The notes: generated by a model from the sequence alone, not told the origin. A stretch of 64,000 nucleotides of DNA from an uncultured Nitrososphaerota archaeon (GCA_963718895.1 CAVRAG010000008.1:736001-800000); one strand, 5' to 3'; shown: positions 30,259 to 40,473, numbered from the stretch's first letter. Translations and numbers: made by a program.

Positions 30259-30912
30259 TCAGAGCGTCTTCCCGCAGTTTCGGCAGAACCTGGCCGAGGC
30301 ATCGACCGGGCTGCCGCAGGTTGGGCAGTATCGCTGCGAAGCCCCTGCGAGGGGAACCGCTGTGGCAGGTCCCGGGGGAGGCGGGACGCCCTGGGATTCG
30401 AACGGCCGCGCTTCGGGATTCTCGACATACCGGTCGCGTATGGAGAAGAACGCGATCGCCTGGAAGATGTAAGCTACGAAGATTAGTATGAAGCCGACGA
30501 GGATGATGACGAGACCGGAACCGATGAGGAACAAAAGCCCTGCTGTCCCGAACTGGGAGATTCCGAGCTTCGAGCCCATGCTGTCGTAGCTCTTCCTGAG
30601 AAAGTAGGCCGCGATCACGAAGCAGATCCACACCGCAGCTAGCCCGGTAAACACTCCCGCCGCGGCGGACAGACCACCGGTCATCGCCGACGCTGCGATG
30701 CCGGCAAAGATTACCCCGAAGCCTATCGCTACGCCCGCGATCTGAAGTATCGCGGCGATGATGGCGTTCGTGAAGATCGACCTATCCTGAACCGAAGCGG
30801 ATATGTCGTTTATCGAAACCAGAAGGAGAATGTAGCCGATTATGTTAAGGATCGGGATGAAGACGAGGATCGACCCCACCTGCCCGAGCGTCTTTGCCTG
30901 CGAGAGACTCAA
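30259..30912 (-). CDS. DUF996 membrane protein with C-terminal zinc ribbon
   Basis: AKTLGQVGSIL, FLRKSY, FGTAGLL.LIG, IAFFSI; CPTC...CRNC. Confidence 0.88.
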   Translation of the reverse strand: MSLSQAKTLGQVGSILVFIPILNIIGYILLLVSINDISASVQDRSIFTNAIIAAILQIAGVAIGFGVIFAGIAASAMTGGLSAAAGVFTGLAAVWICFVIAAYFLRKSYDSMGSKLGISQFGTAGLLFLIGSGLVIILVGFILIFVAYIFQAIAFFSIRDRYVENPEARPFESQGVPPPPGPATAVPLAGASQRYCPTCGSPVDASARFCRNCGKTL

Positions 30913-31117
30913 GGTTGCTGAAAGCCCCCCTGCGAATCTTTAATAAATTATTCCCCAGACTTCAATCTCCTGCCAATCAAAAGCCCCCCAAAAAGCTAAT
31001 CTGAGATTTGCGGTGTTAGCAGGTCCTGGCAACCCTAGGCTTCTCGGCGTTCCGGAACTTCGACGACAAGGAGATATTACCCTCCGCTCCTGGGAGCAAG
31101 TGACAGGAATCACGAAG

Positions 31118-31951
31118 ATGAAGCCCAAGGCAACGTCCAAGTCGAAACGCGCACCGGCCCGAAGGTCCGCGGGAGTCTCCAGTACCCCCTCGCACGCTCT
31201 GCACGGCTTTGGAGGGGTCCGCGATGCTCCGGACTCTCGGGACCATCCGTACGTTCCACCCGTTGGCGTTGCAAAGAATCTGCCTCCGAGCGCGGACCTG
31301 CGAGGGTACTTCCCGCCCGTCTACAACCAAGGTCAGGTGAACAGCTGCACTAGCAACGCCATAGCGGGCGCGATGGAGTTTGACGCGAAGCGGCAGGGCA
31401 TGAAGGACGTGTTCACCCCCTCGCGCCTGTTCATCTACTACAACGAGCGCGCCATGGAAGGGACGCAGGGGAAGGACTCGGGAGGCCAGATCAGGGACGG
31501 AATCAAGAGCATCGCAAAGCAGGGGGACTGCCCTGAGCACCACTGGCCCTACGATGCAAAGATGGTAACGCAGAAGCCTCCCGACGAATGCTACTCTCAA
31601 GCGCGGAGCTTCAAGGCGCTTGAGTACCAGAGGATCGGACACAACCTCGACCACATGAGGGCCTGCCTGGCCTCTGGCTACCCCTTCGTCTTCGGAATCA
31701 AGGTCTTCTCGAGCTTCGAGGGAGACGCGGTCCGTGACAGCGGCCACCTCAAGATGCCGCGGAAGGGGGAGAAGACCGTGGGACTCCACGCGGTCGTCGC
31801 ATGCGGGTACGATGACGCAAACCGGTGGTTCATAGTCAGGAACTCCTGGGGCGGTGGGTGGGGGATGCACGGCTACTTCACCATCCCCTACGACTATCTC
31901 CTGGACTCGAAGATATCGCACGACTTCTGGACCATACGCGTCGTGAGATAG
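31118..31951 (+). CDS. Papain-like C1 cysteine peptidase (no signal peptide)
   Basis: QGQVNSCT, SRLFIYYNER, HAVVACGY, RNSWG. Confidence 0.93.
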   Translation: MKPKATSKSKRAPARRSAGVSSTPSHALHGFGGVRDAPDSRDHPYVPPVGVAKNLPPSADLRGYFPPVYNQGQVNSCTSNAIAGAMEFDAKRQGMKDVFTPSRLFIYYNERAMEGTQGKDSGGQIRDGIKSIAKQGDCPEHHWPYDAKMVTQKPPDECYSQARSFKALEYQRIGHNLDHMRACLASGYPFVFGIKVFSSFEGDAVRDSGHLKMPRKGEKTVGLHAVVACGYDDANRWFIVRNSWGGGWGMHGYFTIPYDYLLDSKISHDFWTIRVVR

Positions 31952-31968
31952 ACCCAGGCCCGGACGGC

Positions 31969-33936
31969 TCAGTCGGTCGGAAAACCGATCCGGCGCAGCA
32001 GCGCTGTGAAACGCGCGTCCGACCTCATGCCTTCAAACCAGTGCTCGACCTTGAGGGAGGAGAGGTATGGCGAGTGCTCCGCGTACCCCTTCTCGAGCCA
32101 CTCGAGCGCCGCTTCGGTCTCACCCAGGCACGCGCACATCCCGGCTATCGCCACCGGCGAGATATGCTCGGTCTTCGCCGCTCCCTCTGTCTGCTCGAGG
32201 AGACTTCTCGCCTCGCTCATTCTTCCCGCCCTGCTGTAGAGGTAACAGAGGTCCGCTCTGAACATGACGTTCCTTGGATCGGAATCCGCGGCGGTCTTGA
32301 CCGTCCGAATGCCCCCTTCGAGGTCTCCCTCCTGGAACTGTGCGAGTCCGAGGTTGACGCGTGGAAGCACGGCCTGGGGGTCCATCTCGAGGGCACGATT
32401 GAAGCGCTCGATGGCCTCCTGGTTGTGCCCGATGTAGTAGAGCACCGTCCCAGCGACCTGGTTGACCGCGACGGACAGCGGGTCGAGTTCCTCAGCGGAC
32501 TTGAGCTCGACGATGGCCTGGTCGTTCCTTCCCATGGAGTGGAGGAGCAGCGCGTATCTGTAGTGGGCCTCCGCGCTGTTCGGGCTCAGCTCTATAGCGC
32601 GTCTGAACTCGGCCTCCGCACCTGACCAGTCCCAATCCTCGTCCATGAGAAGCCTGCCCATCAGCATGTGGGCGACATCGAGGTCGGCGTCAATCTCCAG
32701 GGCCCGCATGAGGGAGGGCCTCGCCCTGGCAAACGCCTCGCTCGGAGGCAGCAACCCGAAGAACCCCTGGAAGAGGTAGCACTGAGCAAGCATCGCGTGG
32801 GCCGACGCGAAGGCCGGGTCCTTCTGGACCGCCTGCTCGAAGAGGGAGGCAGCTTCCACCACGTCGGTCTCGGTGTGCCTCGTAAGGTGGTACCTTCCCT
32901 TCAGGTACAGGAGGAACGCCTCTGGATTCTCTGTGTTCTTCCTTGGCTTCGGCTCTTCTCCTCCCACCTGGGCCTTCAGGGCCTCCGTCACGCGCTTGGC
33001 GATGTCGTCCTGCACAGCAAGGACGTCCTCCAGGCCCCGGTCGTACTTCTCGGTCCAGAGGCACTCCTCGCTCTCCGTGTCGACGAGGTTCATGGTCACT
33101 CTGAGGCGGCTCGCGGACCTGCGAACGCTGCCTTCGAGTATCACGCCCACCCTTAGCTCCTTTCCGATCTCCGAGACGGTCTTGGTCGTCCCCTTGTACC
33201 TCATCACGGACATCCTCGCGATTACCTTCAGGTTCGGGAGGCCGGAGAGGACCGAGATCAGCTCCTCGGTGAGCCCGTCCGCAAGATACTCGTCCTCGTG
33301 CACCCCGCCGATGTTCTGGAGCGGGACCACGGCGACCCTCAGCCGGCCGGAATCCGCCTTCTCCGTCTTTACCCCGCCCCAGACAGGGTCCACCTTGTAG
33401 ACAGTGGTCGGGACCTCGACGTTCTTGAGGTGGTATTCGCCCATCTTCGCGATCGGGTAGTCGATCTTGTTCCGAACCTGCTCGTAAACCTGCGAGGAGA
33501 CCGAGATCCCCCCTGGCTCCGCCAGACCCTCTATCCTGGAGGCGATGTTGACCGTGTCCCCGTAGACGTCCCGTCCCATCTGGACGACGTCCCCGACGTG
33601 TATCCCGACCCTTATCCGGACGCGCTTCACAGGCGTGTTCTGGGCGTTCCTCCTGGTCAAGGACTGCTGCATCTCGATAGCGCAACTGACCGCGTCCAGC
33701 GCACTCTTGAACTCGACCAAGAACGCGTCGCCGATGGTTTTCACCTCCTGACCGCCCTTGGAGGCGAATATCGGGCGGAGCAGCGCCCTGTGCTCAGCCA
33801 AGACCTCGAGTGCGAGGTTCTCGTTGCTCTGAGTCATTGCGGTGTATCCTACGATGTCGGTGAACATGATCGCTGCGAGCCTTCTCTCCGAGCCCGGCTC
33901 GTGTAAGGGGGCGTCGGCGCCGTCATCGGTCTGCAT
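31969..33936 (-). CDS. Class III adenylate cyclase - TolB_N-like - TPR protein
   Basis: MFTDIVGYT, KTIGDA, GIHVGDV, DVYGDTVNIASR; ADGLTEELI, LEGSVR; TPRs. Confidence 0.92.
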   Translation of the reverse strand: MQTDDGADAPLHEPGSERRLAAIMFTDIVGYTAMTQSNENLALEVLAEHRALLRPIFASKGGQEVKTIGDAFLVEFKSALDAVSCAIEMQQSLTRRNAQNTPVKRVRIRVGIHVGDVVQMGRDVYGDTVNIASRIEGLAEPGGISVSSQVYEQVRNKIDYPIAKMGEYHLKNVEVPTTVYKVDPVWGGVKTEKADSGRLRVAVVPLQNIGGVHEDEYLADGLTEELISVLSGLPNLKVIARMSVMRYKGTTKTVSEIGKELRVGVILEGSVRRSASRLRVTMNLVDTESEECLWTEKYDRGLEDVLAVQDDIAKRVTEALKAQVGGEEPKPRKNTENPEAFLLYLKGRYHLTRHTETDVVEAASLFEQAVQKDPAFASAHAMLAQCYLFQGFFGLLPPSEAFARARPSLMRALEIDADLDVAHMLMGRLLMDEDWDWSGAEAEFRRAIELSPNSAEAHYRYALLLHSMGRNDQAIVELKSAEELDPLSVAVNQVAGTVLYYIGHNQEAIERFNRALEMDPQAVLPRVNLGLAQFQEGDLEGGIRTVKTAADSDPRNVMFRADLCYLYSRAGRMSEARSLLEQTEGAAKTEHISPVAIAGMCACLGETEAALEWLEKGYAEHSPYLSSLKVEHWFEGMRSDARFTALLRRIGFPTD

Positions 33937-34134
33937 GAAACGGATGGATTGGCGAGGTCGGCGATTTAAGCCTGATGAGCCGTCGCCGGGTCCTCCGGAA
34001 GGGAGCGCCGATTCACAATAGTACTCGGTGTTCAAATCTGTGATAATCGGGAGGAAACCAGGAGGAATAGACGGCATCGGCGTTCTACTGCGTAGGACTA
34101 AGTACCCTGAAGCCAATAGAACCGCCGTACCGAC

Positions 34135-34842
34135 ATGAAGTCGACCATGACAGTCCTCGCCTTCGCCGCGACGGTGGCACTCCTAGCGGCGGGCACGGTG
34201 TTAGTGGTTGGGATGCCCGGATCGCAATCGGGTTCTTCCACGCAGTCCACCGGCACAGCCTCCTCCTTGAGCAGCGCATCTACGACTAGCACAACGAGTC
34301 ATTTGTCGAACGCCACAGCTTCAGAGAACATGAATGACAGCCTTCAACTCAGGCTCTCTCTGAACGCCACGACGATTAATCCGGGCCAGACCTTGATGAT
34401 AACGATAAGCGAGTTCAACACTCTTTCGACGGCCAACAACGTGACTGCATCAGACTCGTGGGCTTTGGACGGCCTGGAACTTGGACCGTGCGGGCACAGT
34501 TATGGGCCGAATCAGGGTCCTCTCGGGGTAGAGGTCTTCTCCGGTCACTACACTGCGGCAAACATCTCCCAGGCCCAGCCGCTCGGTGTCTATCCATCTC
34601 CAATCGCCTGTCCGCAGTTCATCAGGCTGATGACAGGGTTCCTCTTCCAGCCGCTGAGCGACCGGGCGTACGTTCTCCCGGACTACGGCGGAAATGCGAC
34701 GGGGGTGTCTGGAGGCGTTGCCGTGGGTCGTGAATATACTGATCTATCATCGGTTGGACAGCCCCTCAACCCCGGATTGTACACGATCGCTGGTGGAGAC
34801 GAGTGGGGCAGCCTGCTGCTCCTCTATGTCGATGTCCGTTGA
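34135..34842 (+). CDS. Membrane-anchored/secreted hypothetical protein
   Basis: N-terminal TM, S/T linker, Cys pair, PGLYTIAGGDEWG tail. Confidence 0.8.
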   Translation: MKSTMTVLAFAATVALLAAGTVLVVGMPGSQSGSSTQSTGTASSLSSASTTSTTSHLSNATASENMNDSLQLRLSLNATTINPGQTLMITISEFNTLSTANNVTASDSWALDGLELGPCGHSYGPNQGPLGVEVFSGHYTAANISQAQPLGVYPSPIACPQFIRLMTGFLFQPLSDRAYVLPDYGGNATGVSGGVAVGREYTDLSSVGQPLNPGLYTIAGGDEWGSLLLLYVDVR

Positions 34843-34856
34843 GGACGAGGCCGGTC

Positions 34857-35387
34857 CTAGGTCGCCATGGGCGAAGGGTTCTCCAGACGGACCGTCGGGT
34901 GAGCAAGGTTTCTCCTGATGAGTGATTGAACCTCAAGGCCGTTCTTGATCATCCTCAGCTGGAATCTTCTCCCATCGTTCGCCTCGACGACAATCAGGCT
35001 CCTCCCGACAATCCTCATGCCGAGCGACCTGATCAGTCTCGCGTCCGAGAAGGCCATCGCCGAGAGGAAGGTGTCTTGCAGGTTCGCTATCCCCCTGCTC
35101 ACGTAGAGGCCATCTGTCCTCAGCTCGTAGCTGTTCTCGAACCTCACAATGAGCAACCCGACAAGCTTCGCAAGGAATCCGATGAACACGACCGCGGCCG
35201 TCACCACCTCCGCCCCGTAGGGGAGCGAGAAGGAGCCGAGGACGAGGGAAGCCCTGAGTAGGTTGACCGACGAGTGACCGAAGGCGAGCCACAATTCCGC
35301 ACCGACGAAGGCCGCCGCCGTGACAAGCGCCGCGAGCCCATAGAGCGCCACGTAGGGGCCTATGCTCGGCCGGCCCTTCCAGACCAC
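34857..35387 (-). CDS. Membrane protein with bacterial PH-like domain
   Basis: WKGRPS, two TMs, YELRTDGLYVSRGI, RSLGMRIVG; start uncertain. Confidence 0.75.
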   Translation of the reverse strand: MVWKGRPSIGPYVALYGLAALVTAAAFVGAELWLAFGHSSVNLLRASLVLGSFSLPYGAEVVTAAVVFIGFLAKLVGLLIVRFENSYELRTDGLYVSRGIANLQDTFLSAMAFSDARLIRSLGMRIVGRSLIVVEANDGRRFQLRMIKNGLEVQSLIRRNLAHPTVRLENPSPMAT

Positions 35388-35592
35388 GTCTGTGCCATAG
35401 CTGGGTTTCTGCGACCTAGTAGCCGTGGCAGCATAGCGTGACCGCAGCTGTTAACGGTACAGAAAGAATGTTCGGTTGGAGTCCTCACCCTGACGGAAGG
35501 TCCAGTGCGGCCCTAGGCAGCTCTCCGATGGCGGCCTAGGGGCGAGGATTTAAGACATAAGGGAGCTAGCGTGAACCCGTGCATATCCCCTA

Positions 35593-36045
35593 ATGTCAAG
35601 TAGCAGATCCGACCCCTATGATGCCTTCAACTTCCTGGTCGTGATAGACGGCGTGCCTGCGGCGGCCTTCTCGGAGTGTATTCTCCCGGCCATCTCGATC
35701 GAGGCGATTGAGTACAGAGAGGGCAACGATCTCCAGAGCAACGTCCATAAGCTTCCCGGCCTTGTGAGGTACGAAAATCTCGTCCTCTCGCGCGGTCTCA
35801 CTCTCTCGACCGCGCTGTGGGACTGGTTCAACAGCTTCGTCCAGGGAACAGGGACCCCGAAGACTCTGGCGGTGACCCTCCTGGACAGCAGGAAGGTCCC
35901 AGTCTTCAAGTGGAGCTTCAGCAACGCCTGGCCCACGAAATACACGTCCCCTGTCCTAAGCGGCAAGGAGAGCGCAATTGCAATAGAGACCTTGGAGGTT
36001 TCCGTGGAAGGCATGGCGGTCTCCAACCTCGCACAGAGCGCATAA
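35593..36045 (+). CDS. Contractile-tail tube protein (T4 gp19/Afp1-5-like)
   Basis: DPY..FNFLV.IDG, FSEC, IEYREG, KLPG...Y.NLVL.RGL, LWDW, W.F.NAWP.KY, IETLE. Confidence 0.92.
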   Translation: MSSSRSDPYDAFNFLVVIDGVPAAAFSECILPAISIEAIEYREGNDLQSNVHKLPGLVRYENLVLSRGLTLSTALWDWFNSFVQGTGTPKTLAVTLLDSRKVPVFKWSFSNAWPTKYTSPVLSGKESAIAIETLEVSVEGMAVSNLAQSA

Positions 36046-36455
36046 GACCGAAGGGAAGGACCACGGACCGATCATCCGTCGCCGAGGGAACCCCGACCCA
36101 GGGGAGACCGAGGGTCATCCTTGATACGGAACTCGAGCGGGGCTTCCTCTTCTTCCTTCTGAAGAACATCGGAGACGCGCCCGCGATAAAGGTCGTGACC
36201 AAGATCGGCGGAAAGATAATCGGGCCCGACGGAAAGACCGAACTCAACGGTCTGAACATCTTCAGGGGGGTCGAGTTCTTTGCTCCCGGGAAGGAATTCC
36301 GCATCCTCGTCGGCGGAGCTGCGGCATACTTCTCTAGCCAGCAGCCTGCCAAGTTCACCGCAGTGATCACCTATTCAGACGAGGCCAAGAACAGCTACGG
36401 AGAGACTATCACGCACGATCTCGCCATCTATAGGGACCTACCTCACGAGGTCTAG
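36042..36455 (+). CDS. Ig-like hypothetical protein coupled to the tube gene
   Basis: RPRVILD...LKNIGDAPA...ITYSD...HDLAIY; the only plausible start is ATA overlapping the tube TAA (ATAA). Confidence 0.7.
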   Translation: MRPKGRTTDRSSVAEGTPTQGRPRVILDTELERGFLFFLLKNIGDAPAIKVVTKIGGKIIGPDGKTELNGLNIFRGVEFFAPGKEFRILVGGAAAYFSSQQPAKFTAVITYSDEAKNSYGETITHDLAIYRDLPHEV

Positions 36456-36517
36456 CCGACGCAAGGGGGCTCACTACAGCGCTTGTCAGAGCGGCATTCT
36501 CTCTCTGGTTCGGCGTC

Positions 36518-37081
36518 CTAGGACTTGGGCCGACGCGCTGACTCTCGTCCCCGTTTCTCGCGGAGGTACGAAAGAAACGCCGCATGGTCCTTCGCCTTGA
36601 TCTTCGTCGAGACGATTGCCGTCGAGAGGTCGGCCGTCAGCGGTTCAAGTCTTCTCAGGACCTCCTCCCTAAGCGTCCGGAGGTCCCTGTCGAGTACGAC
36701 GAGGAAGTACTCATCCGAGCCGAGGGTCGAGTAAGCCTCGATGACCCGCGGCTCGTTCTTTATGAACTCGTACAGCTTCGCGACGTCTTCGTCTCCGAGT
36801 CCCGTCATGGTCCCGACGAAGGCGAAGGCGTTGACCCCGATGAGCGACCAGTCTATCTCGGCCGTGATCTTCAGCGCGCCGTTCCTCTTCAGCACCTCCA
36901 TGTGTTTTGAGACAGTCCTCTTGTCGACGCCGAGCCTGTCGGCAAGCTGCCTGTAGGTGAGGCTGCCATCCCCAGCCAAGAGCTCCATCATCCTCAGGTC
37001 CAGCGCGTCTGCGGTGAAGGAAGCCTCGCCATGGTGCGCGCCTCTGTCACTTGATATCATAACCATCGACAATCGATGCAT
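36518..37081 (-). CDS. Lrp/AsnC family transcriptional regulator
   Basis: DALDLRMMELL..DG.LTYRQLADRLGV HTH plus RAM domain; start uncertain. Confidence 0.88.
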   Translation of the reverse strand: MHRLSMVMISSDRGAHHGEASFTADALDLRMMELLAGDGSLTYRQLADRLGVDKRTVSKHMEVLKRNGALKITAEIDWSLIGVNAFAFVGTMTGLGDEDVAKLYEFIKNEPRVIEAYSTLGSDEYFLVVLDRDLRTLREEVLRRLEPLTADLSTAIVSTKIKAKDHAAFLSYLREKRGRESARRPKS

Positions 37082-37111
37082 GAATCGAGCAAGAACAATT
37101 AAGTCTTTGTC

Positions 37112-37762
37112 ATGGCTGGGCAGCTCGACCGGTGGCAGCGCTTGGACATCTCGAGCCTCGCAGGGGGCTTCTTCACCATCGTCGCGACCATATTCATCGC
37201 GGAGCTCACCGACAAGGACGCGCTTCTGCTCCTGTCTCTCGCGACCAGGATGAGGCCTCTGTTCGCGTTCGCAGCCGGCGCGGTCGCGTTCACAGCGACC
37301 TCAGCCATCATAGTCCTGTTCGGTTCGGCGCTGGTCAGTTACGTCCCGATCTTCTGGGTAAAGATAGCGGGTGGCGTGATAATGATCGGCTACGCCCTGC
37401 TTGAGTACCTTCGCGGGCTCCGGATGGAGAGCAGCCTTGAGGAGAGAGAGGAGAGGCTCTTCAAACATTTTGGGAGGAAGGAGGTCTACACCTTCCTGGG
37501 AATCGTCGCGACCCTGATGCTGCTCGACCTCGCCGGCGATGCCACCGAGCTTATCACAGTGGTCTTCCTGGCCCAGTTCAGGGACGCTCTGCTGGTCTTC
37601 GCAGGCGTGGTGACCGCGCTGGTGGGAGCCAGCGCCGTGGAGACAGCACTTGGGAGCCAGATCGGTCGGGTCCTGACCGCGAAGAGACTCAGGAACCTCT
37701 CTGTGGTCGTGTTCCTGATCATCGGATCCATAATTATACTCACGAGTGGAATCCTGCCCTAG
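37112..37762 (+). CDS. TMEM165/GDT1 (UPF0016) cation transporter
   Basis: Variant twin motifs FIAELTDKD and LDLAGDATE; about 6 TMs. Confidence 0.8.
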   Translation: MAGQLDRWQRLDISSLAGGFFTIVATIFIAELTDKDALLLLSLATRMRPLFAFAAGAVAFTATSAIIVLFGSALVSYVPIFWVKIAGGVIMIGYALLEYLRGLRMESSLEEREERLFKHFGRKEVYTFLGIVATLMLLDLAGDATELITVVFLAQFRDALLVFAGVVTALVGASAVETALGSQIGRVLTAKRLRNLSVVVFLIIGSIIILTSGILP

Positions 37763-37822
37763 TTCGCGCGTCGAGAGAGCGCGGCTGCAGACGGGAGACC
37801 CGGACTTGCTGGCGCGGTCCCA

Positions 37823-38500
37823 CTAGAACCCGATCGACTCGCGAATCAGGACCACGGTTGATCGGGTCGCCGGCCAATCGCCGTTGATTATCAGGATCTT
37901 CAGGAGAGCACTCGGCATCCCGTATCTCTCCCTCATCCGGGCGTCCTCCTTAGGGTAGCTGTAAGCTTCTACTCGCCTCAGTCCCGTCTCGAGGTCAGGG
38001 ACTACCTTCTGGGCTCCAACGACGAATATCGCCCTCGAGGCGCCAGAAGAGTACAGTGCAAGCTGGCTCCCGCTCGCCGAGGCCGCCACGAGCTTCCCAT
38101 CCTCGGTGACCGCGTGGACGCTCCCGACGACGACGTCTGCCGTGGCGCTCAGATGCCTCATCTCGGGCATCTGGGTGGCGCGGTCCATCTTTGCGAGCTG
38201 CTGGCGGATCGAGAGGTAACCACCGGACTGGTTTATGTCCTCGTCCAGACCGGAGAGCCGCAGCGTCTCGCTGGCGGAGGTGAAGATGCTCTTGTCCTTC
38301 GGAAGAATGGACTTCACATAGGAACGGGCATCTGCGGCCGTGTCGACGACCTCAACAGCGATGTTGTGTTTCCGGAGGGCCTCGGCAGCTCTCTGAATCA
38401 TCTCCTCCGAGGCCGGCTTGGAGAACCTGTGATCAATCGGTATTCCATACTGCGTCTTGCTTTCGCCGTTCGCGCCTACGCTTTCGTTCATGGCTGTCAT
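37823..38500 (-). CDS. LUD-domain protein
   Basis: SETL, GSVHAVTEDG.LV.AS.SGSQL, VVGAQKVV. Confidence 0.85.
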   Translation of the reverse strand: MTAMNESVGANGESKTQYGIPIDHRFSKPASEEMIQRAAEALRKHNIAVEVVDTAADARSYVKSILPKDKSIFTSASETLRLSGLDEDINQSGGYLSIRQQLAKMDRATQMPEMRHLSATADVVVGSVHAVTEDGKLVAASASGSQLALYSSGASRAIFVVGAQKVVPDLETGLRRVEAYSYPKEDARMRERYGMPSALLKILIINGDWPATRSTVVLIRESIGF

Positions 38501-38572
38501 TTGTATCGCTCGTCCAATATTGGAGACCCAATATAAGTGTATCGGGCGTCCAACTTCAGAGGGATTCTCCAG

Positions 38573-39046
38573 TCAGGCCTGCGGGGCGGCACGCCACGCC
38601 CTGAGAGTCTCGTACCAAAAGATCCCGCACGCGAGCGCAAGGAGGGCGGTGAACCACGCGGCGATTGGAAGTGTGGAGTACTCCGTGAAGGCGATCCCGC
38701 CCATGTACCCGGCGAGTATAGTGAAGAACACAGCGTAGAAGACGAACCTCGGGATGAGCGAGGTGCCAATCCTGAGGAAGTCCCGCATCACGTCGACCTT
38801 CACCTCGCTCGCCACCTCGTACTCGCCGTTCTCCTCGCGCACTAGGCCGAGGTCCTTCAGCTTGCTGAGGTGATACTGGGCAAGCGATGCGTTTGAGAGG
38901 CCGAGGGCCCTCTGGACCTCTCTCACGCCGACCTGATTCTTCTTGAGCGCATAGACATAGACCCTGAGGGTGTTTCCTTTCAGCTCTGCGTCGACCTTTC
39001 CCTTCTCCGTCAATACTCGGGCCAAGCTACCAGCAACCCCGGGCAC
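38573..39046 (-). CDS. Membrane-tethered winged-helix regulator (N-terminal wHTH plus 2 TM)
   Basis: LKGNTLRVY, GVREVQRALGLSNASLAQYHLSKL, C-terminal PRFVFY...FWYET. Confidence 0.85.
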   Translation of the reverse strand: MPGVAGSLARVLTEKGKVDAELKGNTLRVYVYALKKNQVGVREVQRALGLSNASLAQYHLSKLKDLGLVREENGEYEVASEVKVDVMRDFLRIGTSLIPRFVFYAVFFTILAGYMGGIAFTEYSTLPIAAWFTALLALACGIFWYETLRAWRAAPQA

Positions 39047-39092
39047 TATTAAGCCAAGTGAGCATGAAAAGCCAAGGGCGGGGTAGGAGCGG

Positions 39093-40433
39093 CTAGGAGG
39101 CCGTCACTACCACACTGGCGGATGTCTGCTCGCCGATCACGGTGACCAGGTACTGGTGGCCCTTGATTACCAGGCCGACAGGTGTCTCGATGGCCATGCC
39201 CATGAACCCGAGCAGGATGGTACCGCGAGGGTGCGTCAGGGTCGCAGTCGCGCCCGGAGGAAGGACCACTCCTCTCTGGGAGAAGAGAGACACCGAGATT
39301 GCACTGGCGCTCGTCGCACCCATCATCGAGTGCATGAAGAGCTGGAGCTGGACGAGCGTCCCGTTCTTGAGGACGATGAAGATGGCCGATTGGCCCAGGG
39401 CTGTTGGGAGCACTCCTTGGTGGCCGGCCGCCGTGGCATTGACGACCGGAGTTACCGTGACGAGGTTGAGCACGGTCGAGTTGCCTCCGGTGTTGAGGAC
39501 CTTGAGGTTGAGGTACGTCTCATTCATCGAGGCAGCTCCGATTGAGAGGTCGGCGGTGTACTTCTGTTGGATCGTGCTCCACCAGGTGAGACCCATGAGG
39601 CCCATCTTCGACCCCACAGTCGTCAGCACGGTCTCAGGGAGCGTCGCCGTGCTTGATGTGACAGGATAGGCGAAGGCCACGGACTGGATGATGAACTCCG
39701 GACTCGACTGGCTTCCTACGTTGATCACGGTGGGCGAGATGTCGATTATCGTCGCCGCCGGTGCGGAGGAACTGACCATGACCCCGTTCACAATCGGCAC
39801 GGTCAGCACGCTCGTCGGCACGAAGGCCGTGTAGTTCAGTCCTCCGTAGGTCACCACCGCGTTGGTGATGTCGAAGCGGACCAGGTTGTAGCTCCCAGAG
39901 CTTATCCTCGCCGAGGAGATGGTCTGGCTGATGTTTACCGTGCCCATCAGTTCGATCGACCCTGAGGTCTTCAGGATTGTCCATCCGCTATTGTTGTCCA
40001 TCCCTGAGACGTGGACCGCCAGGTCAACATAGGTCACGTAGACCTTTGTCACGCCGACCGGGGCGTTGGGCGGGTCGGTCAGGAGGACCGCGAGGGTCCC
40101 CTGCGCCTGCTGGTTTGATGTCTGGCTAGTCGTCTGCTTGCTAGTCGTCTGCTGGCTAGTCGTCTGCTGGCTAGTCGTCTGCTGGCTAGTCGTCTGCTGG
40201 GAGGACTGCTGCGTCGAGGACTGGGCAGTTGAAGATTGACCTGTTGAAGACAGCTGAGAAGAAACCTGCGACGACTGAGTCAAGCCGGATTCAGTCGAGG
40301 TCTGCCGCTGACCGACGGACGAACCGAGGGTGGTAGTAATCGGAAATCCGGAATATGTCGAGGCGACGATAAGGGCGAATGCTGCCGCCACTGCTATCGA
40401 AGCCGCGAACGCCGTAGACTTTTTCATGTTCAT
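39093..40433 (-). CDS. Secreted/anchored DUF4382-like protein with Gln/Thr/Ser linker
   Basis: GTLAVLLTDPP...VYVTY..LAVH, GSYNLVRF; N-terminal TM. Confidence 0.8.
   Translation of the reverse strand: MNMKKSTAFAASIAVAAAFALIVASTYSGFPITTTLGSSVGQRQTSTESGLTQSSQVSSQLSSTGQSSTAQSSTQQSSQQTTSQQTTSQQTTSQQTTSKQTTSQTSNQQAQGTLAVLLTDPPNAPVGVTKVYVTYVDLAVHVSGMDNNSGWTILKTSGSIELMGTVNISQTISSARISSGSYNLVRFDITNAVVTYGGLNYTAFVPTSVLTVPIVNGVMVSSSAPAATIIDISPTVINVGSQSSPEFIIQSVAFAYPVTSSTATLPETVLTTVGSKMGLMGLTWWSTIQQKYTADLSIGAASMNETYLNLKVLNTGGNSTVLNLVTVTPVVNATAAGHQGVLPTALGQSAIFIVLKNGTLVQLQLFMHSMMGATSASAISVSLFSQRGVVLPPGATATLTHPRGTILLGFMGMAIETPVGLVIKGHQYLVTVIGEQTSASVVVTAS
40126..40200 (+). repeat. 5 x 15-bp tandem repeat (CTAGTCGTCTGCTGG) encoding QQTTS
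   Basis: Direct reading; one copy has a single substitution. Confidence 0.95.
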
Positions 40434-40473
40434 GGCGTTACTTTGGTAGGGCGGAGCACTTGAACCAGCACCT

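Noticed and set aside
35593-36455. Provirus
   Set aside because: No integrase, capsid, terminase, portal or att repeats; flanking genes are cellular
40126-40200. CRISPR array
   Set aside because: Head-to-tail repeats with no spacers, in frame within a CDS, and no cas genes
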